NCBI GenBank assembly: GCA_965116925.1
Contig: OZ220744.1
Span: forward strand, 2,400,001-2,464,000
Length of the DNA stretch: 64,000 bases
Direction: 5' to 3'
From: Candidatus Poribacteria bacterium
GTDB taxonomy: Bacteria; Poribacteria; WGA-4E; PCPOR2b
A program made the translations under genes and the position numbers. Below are positions 38,712 to 47,288 of the stretch, one piece after another. The stretch's first letter is position 1; each line of letters opens with the position of its first letter. The notes beneath the pieces were generated by a model. The model searched no databases. It had not been told where the DNA came from and was given only the letters and a program-made list of their open reading frames with translations.

Positions 38712-38824
38712 GGCGTGTAAATAAAGTTGAGGCGTGGCACGATGCACCACTTATGGTGTTGCTTGCTGTTTCAAACGGGTTCTATTGGGTACGATTCTGT
38801 GGTATATGATTGCGAGGTAGAAAG

Positions 38825-39418
38825 ATGACCGCTCTAAAGCAGTTTGGGATTTTCTTGTTGTTATTTGCCTGTGTTAGTTTATCCGGTTGCGTTTGGTCTT
38901 CTCTATTAGCGAATTCATGGAGTGAGAACTTCGCGCTGGCGAGCTATGGGTCAAAGGCGAACCATCCGGCACTCAACGATGGAAGATTAGACACCGTTGC
39001 GGTTCTGGCGGCGAAAAACGAACGGATCTTTACATTACGATTCGCAGAGGTTAAGCCCGTCCGGAAGATCATCATCCATAACGTTAACCTGTTTTGGTTT
39101 CATGTGGACTATTGGGACATTGATGAGTTTGAGTGGAAAACGGTCCACTCTGTGCGTCAGTTACGGGATATTGGCGAAGGTCGGGCACAGTCCGAAATTG
39201 TCATTGATCGATTGAACTGTCGGACAAATACTATCCGTATCAACGTCTCTCGTACGGTCGATGATAACGTTGTAACAAAGGTTATGTTATCGCCTGGGGA
39301 TAAGGTTGTCGATCGGAGAACCACCATGGCGGGAGCGTATTATCCTCACTTCCGCGTTATCCAGCCGGCGTGGGCGCAGGTCCGTGAGATCGAGGTATAT
39401 CACCTAGCATCGAAGTAG
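38825..39418 (+). CDS. Hypothetical lipoprotein (possible discoidin/galactose-binding-like beta sandwich)
   Basis: Lipobox LSGC; ENFAL...LNDG...VREIEVY resembles F5/8-type C borders; fold is a guess. Confidence 0.6.
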   Translation: MTALKQFGIFLLLFACVSLSGCVWSSLLANSWSENFALASYGSKANHPALNDGRLDTVAVLAAKNERIFTLRFAEVKPVRKIIIHNVNLFWFHVDYWDIDEFEWKTVHSVRQLRDIGEGRAQSEIVIDRLNCRTNTIRINVSRTVDDNVVTKVMLSPGDKVVDRRTTMAGAYYPHFRVIQPAWAQVREIEVYHLASK

Positions 39419-39424
39419 GTTCGA

Positions 39425-40105
39425 TTAGCGTTTGATTGCAACTGATACCCCATCACGGAGCGGAATGATTGTTGTGAACACATCGGGGGAATTGTAAAGC
39501 AGCCGTGTCAACTCTTTAACCCCGACTGTTGTATTGTGCACCCACTGTTCCTCTTCATCAAGTTCTTGCATGTCAGCATCGGTATCGTATGTAACAACAC
39601 GCCCCAGCCATAGCATGTTGTCCGTGATAAACAACCCACCACTCCTGAGCCGTGGAATCGCCTTGCGAAACGCTTCGGGATATCCGTCCTTATCGATATC
39701 GTTGTAGATGATGTCAAATTCCCCTTCGGTTTCGTCGATGATTTCGAGCGCGTTCCCGACGCGATAATCGATCCGATCTGCGACTCCGCCTCGCGCAAGA
39801 TAACCCGCCGCACGATCAGCGTTTTCCTGCGAACCGTCGGTGCAGATGATGCCCGCTTCCGGCTGTCGCAGTGCTTTTGCCATCCAATACGCTGAATAGC
39901 CGAAACCGGATCCCATCTCGAAGATCCGCGTTGGGTTCGTCAGCAGCACCAATTGGTGTAACACGCGCCCAACGAGAGGACCTACGATTGGAAAACGGTT
40001 CTCCCGCGCGTGCGCCTCCATCTCCGTCAGTACCTCGTCGCGTTCAGGAATAACCTCGAGTAGGTATTCGTTAATTGACGGATGCAGCACATCTAAACGT
40101 TCCAT
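39425..40105 (-). CDS. Class I SAM-dependent O-methyltransferase
   Basis: FEMGSGFGYS, DIDKDGY, GGLFITDNML, PLRDGV. Confidence 0.9.
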   Translation of the reverse strand: MERLDVLHPSINEYLLEVIPERDEVLTEMEAHARENRFPIVGPLVGRVLHQLVLLTNPTRIFEMGSGFGYSAYWMAKALRQPEAGIICTDGSQENADRAAGYLARGGVADRIDYRVGNALEIIDETEGEFDIIYNDIDKDGYPEAFRKAIPRLRSGGLFITDNMLWLGRVVTYDTDADMQELDEEEQWVHNTTVGVKELTRLLYNSPDVFTTIIPLRDGVSVAIKR

Positions 40106-40372
40106 AAATCACTCCTATTCTTTCTGTGAGAAAAATGAAAGTAATGAGTAATGCGTGAAATCTGCTCTTTACCTATGACGCACTACTTGTTACCTAGTTT
40201 ATGCTGTTCGATTTAAGCTGCTAACAACCTATGCCCTATTTTTTATTTGATGGTGAATCTGTGTATAATCGCCTATTTCAAACGCTTTAGGGTAAAAAAA
40301 TGTTGGGAGTTTTGCTAATTTTTTTGGAGATGGATGTTTTTTTTAGAATCCATCAATAAAAATCATTTCGTT

Positions 40373-40412
40373 TTGACTTTTTTGATTTCAATAGCGTAAA
40401 ATTCTATTGAAA
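40373..40412 (+). promoter_or_regulatory. sigma-70 promoter with overlapping inverted repeat (candidate operator)
   Basis: TTGACT-18 bp-TAAAAT; TTTCAATAG-N9-CTATTGAAA brackets the -10 box. Confidence 0.55.
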
Positions 40413-40476
40413 ACGTGGCGGATCATTCGAGCAGAACAGTGAACGGTTTCAGACAACCATCATAAAGGATCTGAAA

Positions 40477-41301
40477 ATGGGACAAGGACAGTCGAATCTG
40501 TGGGCAAAATCCTATATCAACGATGGATATTTAATGCTTCCAGATCTCATTACACCCGAAGAGTGTAACGACTTGAAAGCAGAAATGCTGAAGATTTTTC
40601 GAGGGGATTATCCGTGTGAGGCGATCCCACCGATGCCGGAAACAGCAAGCGAGACAGAAGTATTGGATAGGATTATGTGTGTCGGCGAACCGCATGTCTT
40701 TAGCCCTTTGGTTCGGCGTTACATTGAACATCCAAAAATCTGTGAAATACTCCGAGGGATTGTTGGGGCACACATCCCATTTTGGGCAGGCGGAGTGAAG
40801 TGTATGCAGTCAATGATGTTGAGTAAGGTTCCTGGGCATAACGGCAACCCTTGGCACCAGGACGAACATCCGATTCCGACACGCGACAGATCGCTGGTCG
40901 GTGTGTGGATTGCATTGGATGATACCACAATTGAGAACGGCTGCCTTTGGATTCTGCCGAATAGCCATCGTTCGGGTGTAATTTATGATCGCGTGCCGCA
41001 CAACAAACGGGATGAATTCGACAGTTGTCAAGAAGCTGTTGGTTTTGATGATACGGACGAGATTCCGATCGAGATGTCGGCTGGCAGCGTCCTCTTTTTC
41101 AACGGTTACCTCTTGCACCGTTCCAAAAAGAATCGAAGCGATACATTTCGGCGTATCCTGGTGAGCCACTATTGTTCAACAGCATCATGGCTGGGCTGGA
41201 AGGGGCAGCGAAATTACCGCGGTATTGTCACTGTTGCTGGTGAAGATCCGTACATTGACGAAGGGCATGTCACCCCAAACGTCTGGGCACGATGGGAGTA
41301 G
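40477..41301 (+). CDS. PhyH-family dioxygenase
   Basis: WHQDE, WIALDDTTIENGCLWILP, LLHRS. Confidence 0.9.
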   Translation: MGQGQSNLWAKSYINDGYLMLPDLITPEECNDLKAEMLKIFRGDYPCEAIPPMPETASETEVLDRIMCVGEPHVFSPLVRRYIEHPKICEILRGIVGAHIPFWAGGVKCMQSMMLSKVPGHNGNPWHQDEHPIPTRDRSLVGVWIALDDTTIENGCLWILPNSHRSGVIYDRVPHNKRDEFDSCQEAVGFDDTDEIPIEMSAGSVLFFNGYLLHRSKKNRSDTFRRILVSHYCSTASWLGWKGQRNYRGIVTVAGEDPYIDEGHVTPNVWARWE

Positions 41302-41383
41302 GAACTCTGTTGTGCCACAGAAGCAGATGGCGGGGCAAGTCGCTTGGGATCCCGATCTTATCGAGGATGTCCCGTCTACAACT

Positions 41384-42346
41384 CTAACGGTGAGTAGACT
41401 GTAAACCTGTTTGCTTTAAGATTCCCCAGAGCGTTGTTCGCTTGTGTGTGTTTGGCGAAACGGATAGCCCCAACGGCACCCATTCAGGGGAAAATTCTAC
41501 TCCCGGATCTTGTGTCAGTTGTTGGATCTCCCCATTCGCCATACGGATTAGATGGAGGTTTTTGTTATTGCCTTGAGTTGACACATAGGCGATCCATTGT
41601 CCATCGGGCGACTCGGCAGGTTCTTCGCAGGGTTGTGGGGCGTTTACCAACTTCCGGACATTTCCCCCGTTGACATCTATGGCAAACAGGGTAGGCATCT
41701 CTACATTGTCGAGCATATCGCTAGAAAAGTAAATCTCTTTGCCCTCAGCTGCCCAAGTGGGGTTCATCGCGGAGACCTGTGTGAGGGCACGCTGTTTTTT
41801 GCCATTTGCGTTCATCAGATGGATGGCACCGAAACCGTCCAGTGTGGTGCGGAACGCGATCCACTGCCCGTCTGGCGACCACGCCGGCGTTGAATTGTGT
41901 CCACCCTTGTTTGTGAGTTGTTGTGCTTTCTTGCCACTTGGGTTCATTATGTAGATATCAGTGTCTGCTGCATGCTCTCTATGTTGGTTAGATGCGAACG
42001 CAATCCAGCGTCCATCCGGTGACCAGGCGGGATCTACGTCTGTTGCGCGATTGTTTGTTAGCCGTCGGGATTCCTTGTTTTTCATCTCCATCACATAAAT
42101 CTCTGGATTGCCATCTCTGTGTGAAACATAAGCGAACGCGCTGCCATCAGGTGCCCACGTAGCGGAAGAGTCCTCTGCCGGGTGGTTGGTCAAGTTGATG
42201 GGATTCTTGCGATTGGTATCCATTATGTAGATGTCAAGATTTCCGTTCAGATCGGCGGTGAAGGAAATCGTTCTATTGCCCCAAGCGTTTATCGTCGGCA
42301 GACTGCACCCTAACAGTAACACTGTCCAAACTAATTTCTGTTTCAT
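41384..42346 (-). CDS. Secreted TolB-like PD40-repeat beta-propeller protein
   Basis: Signal peptide; repeated PAWSPDGxWIAF, RDGNPEIYVM; tail SVSP...TTLWGILK. Confidence 0.88.
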   Translation of the reverse strand: MKQKLVWTVLLLGCSLPTINAWGNRTISFTADLNGNLDIYIMDTNRKNPINLTNHPAEDSSATWAPDGSAFAYVSHRDGNPEIYVMEMKNKESRRLTNNRATDVDPAWSPDGRWIAFASNQHREHAADTDIYIMNPSGKKAQQLTNKGGHNSTPAWSPDGQWIAFRTTLDGFGAIHLMNANGKKQRALTQVSAMNPTWAAEGKEIYFSSDMLDNVEMPTLFAIDVNGGNVRKLVNAPQPCEEPAESPDGQWIAYVSTQGNNKNLHLIRMANGEIQQLTQDPGVEFSPEWVPLGLSVSPNTHKRTTLWGILKQTGLQSTHR

Positions 42347-42463
42347 TGATGGATCTTTCCTGTCCTCTTGCACTTTTTGGTCACTTGAGATGTACTGCAC
42401 GCATTTCAGCGCAGGGAAACCAGATGCCCCGCCTACAGTTAGCTGCGTAAGTCCTATGCTATG

Positions 42464-44482
42464 TTAAAACGTGACCGAAATGCCCAATGTCGGCAGAATT
42501 GGCAGCAGCGGTTCTTCATTGATCTCGCAATCGAGCAGAATATCCGTTTCCTCATCGCGCGTCTCACTGAACGCATATTGGTCGATGTTAGAACGATTGT
42601 AGAGATTTAAGATTTGGAAATACCATGTAAGTTCCCACCGGCTGTATGGATTCCGTTTCGTAAACCGAAAATCGAGACTGTGATAAGATGGTAGCCGCTC
42701 TGAATGCGTCTCCCCAAATTGTCGGTCACACGCGAGGTCACCTCCCGGCTGGGAAACCAGCGTATGCGTCAAAGGCGTTCTGGGTTCGCCGGTATGGAAA
42801 CGCCAAGTCAGGTAGAGATGCCAGCCCCGTGAAAGTTGATGACTGCTACTGAGGGCGACAGAGTGTCGTCGATCGGACTGCCGAAAAAATGTCTCACCAC
42901 CTGCATTTTCTTCTGCAACGGCGTACGCATAGCCGACTCCCCATGTTAACCGATCTGAAACCGTATGCGTTACGAAAGCATCTACCCCTTTTGCCTCCCC
43001 GGATTCCGGAGGCACAAAAATCTGGGTCTGTCGTCCGAACTCCCTGAGCCGTCCTGAAAGGTTGTCCAATGTTTTGTAGTATGCCTCCAAACGGAACAAG
43101 AAATTAGCATTTGGATGGTATTCACCGCCGAGAATGTAATGAATCGCCTGTTCGGCACGTCCGACGGTTTGAACGTTGTCTTCCACAGGAATATTCATCA
43201 TAGAGATGGGTTGGTGATAGATCCCCCATGCTCCGCGCAATATCAGTTTCTCTGTTGGGCGCACTGCGAGTGCAATCCGAGGTCCAATCTCATAGTTTTG
43301 GATGCCGGCAGCGCGATAGTCCTGAAACAGGTATCGCCCTCCCACATTAAGCGCGAGTTTTGGATGCAGCTGCCACTCGTCTTGGAGGAACATCTTAATT
43401 TCACTGCCGCTGTCTTCAAAGTCTGCGAGGACTCGTGCGTATTGGTCTATACCGGGCTGCCGTTCTCGGACATTGTAATCGTACTGCGCTCCCATCCAAC
43501 GCCATTCTATACCGCTGCGAAACAGATGTTTATCCAAAAAGCCGGCTGTGAATTCCGTTTTGGTGCCGAAAAAATGGAACGAACGGAGGTCAGAATTTGC
43601 CACTCCGGTCTGACGGTCATGCGCTGCGGTCCCCCCAAAAACGAACACATCAGACCAGTTCGCCGTGCCGAAGTGATGCCTCCACCGCGTCCAAACGGTT
43701 AAATTATCATAGCGCGAATCTAAGTTATTGTCGGGATCCCCTTGCCGAATCCGATTCTTATCCCATCCATAAAGTCCGTTGAGTGTGAGTGTATCCTTCT
43801 GTGTCGGTGCGTACGTGAGTTTACCGTAGACATCCGCGTATTGTGGTTTGTAGTCCTCGTCGAAATCAATCATTGCGAGGATTAGGTCAACGTAACCCCG
43901 GCGTACTGACACGCGCCATGACCCTTTTTCTGATAGGGGTCCCTCCGCCATCGCAGTTGTATTTATAAGGTCAAGCCCGAAATTAGCAGAAACTTTCTCA
44001 ATGTCCTCCTCTTTTGTTGTGATGTCAAATACACCGGCCATTTTATCCCCATACTCTGCCGGGAAGCCGCCCATCAACAGTTCGACGCGCTGGATTAAAT
44101 CGAGACCAACGAGCGAGACAGCACCGCCAAAGTCTTGTAAGTGATACGGATTGAAGAGTTCCATCCCGTCTAATCGCACCAAAACGTCGTCCTTTTCACC
44201 GCCGCGTACGCTGAATCGCGCGCTGTAATCGCTTGCAACGACCCCTGGAAAAATATGTGCAGACCGCATCGCATCGTTACCAATCAACGGAAACTGCTCG
44301 ATTCGTTGCTTTGAGAGCGATAATTTTGAGGGTGTCCCATCATCAATTGCGAACCGGCCGGGGGTCACCACAATTTCGTCGAGTTCAACGGGTTTTGTGT
44401 CATCTTGTGCTGAAACGTCCAGGCAACTTCCAACTCCAAAAAGTAGAAGATGTAGACAGATTGTGTGGATGGATTTGACCAT
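42464..44482 (-). CDS. TonB-dependent receptor
   Basis: Signal peptide, LDEIVVT TonB box, SVRGG...LDG plug, terminal Phe; start 44482 or 44497. Confidence 0.9.
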   Translation of the reverse strand: MVKSIHTICLHLLLFGVGSCLDVSAQDDTKPVELDEIVVTPGRFAIDDGTPSKLSLSKQRIEQFPLIGNDAMRSAHIFPGVVASDYSARFSVRGGEKDDVLVRLDGMELFNPYHLQDFGGAVSLVGLDLIQRVELLMGGFPAEYGDKMAGVFDITTKEEDIEKVSANFGLDLINTTAMAEGPLSEKGSWRVSVRRGYVDLILAMIDFDEDYKPQYADVYGKLTYAPTQKDTLTLNGLYGWDKNRIRQGDPDNNLDSRYDNLTVWTRWRHHFGTANWSDVFVFGGTAAHDRQTGVANSDLRSFHFFGTKTEFTAGFLDKHLFRSGIEWRWMGAQYDYNVRERQPGIDQYARVLADFEDSGSEIKMFLQDEWQLHPKLALNVGGRYLFQDYRAAGIQNYEIGPRIALAVRPTEKLILRGAWGIYHQPISMMNIPVEDNVQTVGRAEQAIHYILGGEYHPNANFLFRLEAYYKTLDNLSGRLREFGRQTQIFVPPESGEAKGVDAFVTHTVSDRLTWGVGYAYAVAEENAGGETFFRQSDRRHSVALSSSHQLSRGWHLYLTWRFHTGEPRTPLTHTLVSQPGGDLACDRQFGETHSERLPSYHSLDFRFTKRNPYSRWELTWYFQILNLYNRSNIDQYAFSETRDEETDILLDCEINEEPLLPILPTLGISVTF

Positions 44483-44575
44483 GAATTTGATCCTCATAAT
44501 GTTTAAGTGCTTCTTTAATTATAACACATTGTAGGCAAACAACCAACGATAGTTGAGAAAATGTACAGAGCCATT

Positions 44576-44605
44576 TATAGTGAATTATATAAATAGGTAG
44601 ACATT
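44576..44605. repeat. Isolated left end of MITE family B
   Basis: TATAGTGAATTATATAAATAGGTAGACATT. Confidence 0.5.
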
Positions 44606-44727
44606 GAAAAGTAGTAGACACACGCCGCCCCGATAGATTGGGATTCAAAGCAATATACTGTAGCTCTGCGAACAAAGTTTCTGACCTCGCTCGTTCACAG
44701 TATTAGGAGTTTGCAAATTGATTGATT

Positions 44728-46179
44728 TTATCGCACAACAATCATCCGGCGCGTCATCTGATAATCCCCTACCACTAGCGTGTAGAAATACACCCCGCTG
44801 CTGACCTCTTCCCCCATATCATTGCGGCCATCCCAATATGCTGCTTGTTTTCGTGACATATAATTGCCGGCGGGCTTGGCACCTAGATTCAAGGTCCTCA
44901 CCAAATCCCCAACGACATCATAAATGTGAATTTTTACATGGGTAGCCTCTGCTAGTTGATAGGGTATCCACGTTTCGGGGTTGAAAGGGTTGGGATAGTT
45001 TGGCAGCAATTTTGTTTCCGTGACCAATGGCTGCATTTGGGATAACCACGCTTTGAGCAGGTCGTGGGCGAGGCGTGCCCCACGCGAGTGGGCTATCTGT
45101 AATTCTAAAGCTGCAAGTGCTTGGAATTGACGCTTGACACTTGATGGGTGATAATTGGCAGTTGGGTTTGAATCGTCAACAAGGGGCGCGGGTGCTGCAG
45201 CGTTTTCGCTTAAATTCACGCTGATAAGTATCAAATCGGACACATCCACTTTCCCGTCGCCATTGACATCTCCGGCGAGATGGGTGCCAACTTGTCCGAA
45301 TTGAAGGGCAGCCTGTATCAGATCTAGAATATTCACGACTCCATCCCGATTAACGTCCGGGGGTAGGAACGGATCTGCTGGGGGAATCGGAGGCTTGCCA
45401 TCTGTTTCATTATTTGAGTTGTTTTTGGCTCCCTCATTAATCCAATCAATAATGAGTTGCACCTGAGCTACCGGTAAAGGTGGACCACCCGGGGGCATTT
45501 CGCCCTCAACAATTACTTCAACCAGTTCGCTCCTTCGCGCATTGCCTGCAATAACAATAGGGCCCTCATAGCCTCCGGCAATCACGGCATCATACGTACG
45601 GAGATCTATACGGTACGGTCCGCCGGCGACATGACAACCTGCAAAGGCACATCGGTTCGTAAGGATAGGTAAAATATCGTCCTGAAAAGAGGGACTGGGT
45701 CTACCGGCATTTGTAGGATCATCAAATAACACATTACCATAATGGTAATCGTCGTCATCATAGTCATCGTCGTAGTCATCATCGTCGTAGTCATCGTCAT
45801 CATCGTCATCATCGTCGTCATCATCGCCGTCATAGTCTTGTGCACTCTGGCTATACGTGTTAGGTCCCGTCTTGTAGGCCGTTGGGCGAATTAGTGCACC
45901 ATTACTATAACCACTTAGACTAGAGTTGATCGCCCTGTTTTCACCGAAGTTATGCTGCTCCAATTCCTCCTTTTCAAGATTTGCTGCGTCGCCGGTTTTC
46001 TTTGGATTTTTTTCGTCAGAGGTATTCAAGCCGACACCGTAGGTCGAGGAACTATGGAGTTCACCCACCTCATTTGTATCCAAACGATTAGAGCCTTCTT
46101 GGTGTTTAATCGTACAGCCTATCACTATAAAAAGCAGACATGTTGTAATACTGATATGTTTTTTTAATCTCGTATACAT
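44728..46179 (-). CDS. Exported protein: Asp-rich tract, planctomycete-type cytochrome c domain (CX4CH), dockerin-like and FlgD-like C-terminal domains
   Basis: Leader ending VIGC; poly-D/Y tract; FQDDILPILTNRCAFAGCH...GEMPP...LIIDWINEGA; DVNRDGVVNILDL; NYPNPFNPETWIPY...TRRMIVVR. Confidence 0.85.
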   Translation of the reverse strand: MYTRLKKHISITTCLLFIVIGCTIKHQEGSNRLDTNEVGELHSSSTYGVGLNTSDEKNPKKTGDAANLEKEELEQHNFGENRAINSSLSGYSNGALIRPTAYKTGPNTYSQSAQDYDGDDDDDDDDDDDDYDDDDYDDDYDDDDYHYGNVLFDDPTNAGRPSPSFQDDILPILTNRCAFAGCHVAGGPYRIDLRTYDAVIAGGYEGPIVIAGNARRSELVEVIVEGEMPPGGPPLPVAQVQLIIDWINEGAKNNSNNETDGKPPIPPADPFLPPDVNRDGVVNILDLIQAALQFGQVGTHLAGDVNGDGKVDVSDLILISVNLSENAAAPAPLVDDSNPTANYHPSSVKRQFQALAALELQIAHSRGARLAHDLLKAWLSQMQPLVTETKLLPNYPNPFNPETWIPYQLAEATHVKIHIYDVVGDLVRTLNLGAKPAGNYMSRKQAAYWDGRNDMGEEVSSGVYFYTLVVGDYQMTRRMIVVR

Positions 46180-46206
46180 TAATCAGCTCCCTCCTGTTGA
46201 TTTCTT

Positions 46207-46298
46207 CGTTCATGTTAAGATTTAGTGCAACCGAGACCGAGTTTTGCCGAAAAAACTCGGTTTATCTTGGTGCTCTGCACTTTCTTTTTACATAAGCC
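46207..46298. mobile_element. MITE family A, 92 bp, with 8-bp target-site duplication
   Basis: CGTTCATGTTAAGA...TTACATAAGCC; GATTTCTT on both flanks (46199-46206, 46299-46306). Confidence 0.8.
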
Positions 46299-46356
46299 GA
46301 TTTCTTAATATTTCACTTGCAAGGATCGTGTAGAAGTTAAGCACTTTTGATAAGGT

Positions 46357-46872
46357 CTAGTTATTCTTGGCCCCCTGATTGATCCAATCAATGATAAGTT
46401 GGATCTGGGCTGCCGGCAAAGGTGGCCCGTCAGGCGGCATTTCCCCCTCAACAATTTGTTCGACCAATTCACTCTCTCTTGCATTGCCTGCAATGACGGT
46501 ATCGTCATCATCTCCTCCCGCAATCATGGTATCATACGTACGGAGATCTATACCGCCCGGTCCTCCAGCGACATGACAGCCTGCAAAAGCACATTGATTG
46601 GTCAGGATGGGCAGGATATCGGCGTTAAACGAGGGACTTGGTCTACCAGCATCTACGGGATTATCAAATACGATGCCGCGAGCATTGACAGCGCGCCTAT
46701 CGTCGTCATCATCGTCATAGTCATCATCGTCGTGGTCGTCATCGTTGTCATGTTCATCATAGTCATCATCGTAGTCATCGTCGTCGTATTCTTCACCACA
46801 ACCAATCAACCCAATCGCAATCAGTAATGTAATGAAAAACAAGATTCTAGCAATGTGTAACGGTTTCATCAT
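46357..46872 (-). CDS. Lipoprotein with Asp/His/Tyr-rich tract and planctomycete-type cytochrome c domain (CX4CH)
   Basis: Lipobox LIGC; acidic tract; FNADILPILTNQCAFAGCH...GEMPP...LIIDWINQGAKNN. Confidence 0.85.
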   Translation of the reverse strand: MMKPLHIARILFFITLLIAIGLIGCGEEYDDDDYDDDYDEHDNDDDHDDDDYDDDDDDRRAVNARGIVFDNPVDAGRPSPSFNADILPILTNQCAFAGCHVAGGPGGIDLRTYDTMIAGGDDDDTVIAGNARESELVEQIVEGEMPPDGPPLPAAQIQLIIDWINQGAKNN

Positions 46873-47039
46873 TTGATCCTCTTTTGAGAATTTGTTTGAC
46901 AGTTGTTTTGAATTAGATTATCTTAATTAGCAGCAGAAAAGGCGCGAACGCAAACACCCCTCTACGAGAAATCGGAGATGGGCGTGTCGAGTTGATTGTC
47001 ATCTAGGAATTTGCTAACAATTGGCGTTGGGAGCGTTTC

Positions 47040-47288
47040 CTATGTGACCTTCGTTGCCTTTTCTGCAATTATACCGAACCACTTTGGATTCGATTTTCTC
47101 AATAAAATCGGAATTTTACCTATTCCGTTGAAGATGAGTCGTGTTAGATTGCCCCCATCCGTCATCGTGCAGATTTCTGCATTTCCAGCCCGTTTGAAAT
47201 AAAACGTAATTTTAGCGTGGAGGGGGCGATTAAGAGTCGGATAGGTGTGTACGAAATTCATCGGTGTGATTGTCTCAATTCTCGACAA
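47040..47288 (-). pseudogene. Possible decayed PD40/TolB-like gene fragment
   Basis: KITFYFKRAGNAEICTMTDGGNLTRL resembles the PD40 repeat seen in the 41384-42346 gene; no signal peptide, single repeat. Confidence 0.4.

Noticed and set aside
38743..38760. NtrC-like binding site TGCACCA...TGGTGTT
   Set aside because: Spacing is one base too long, the right arm is imperfect, and no -24/-12 box follows
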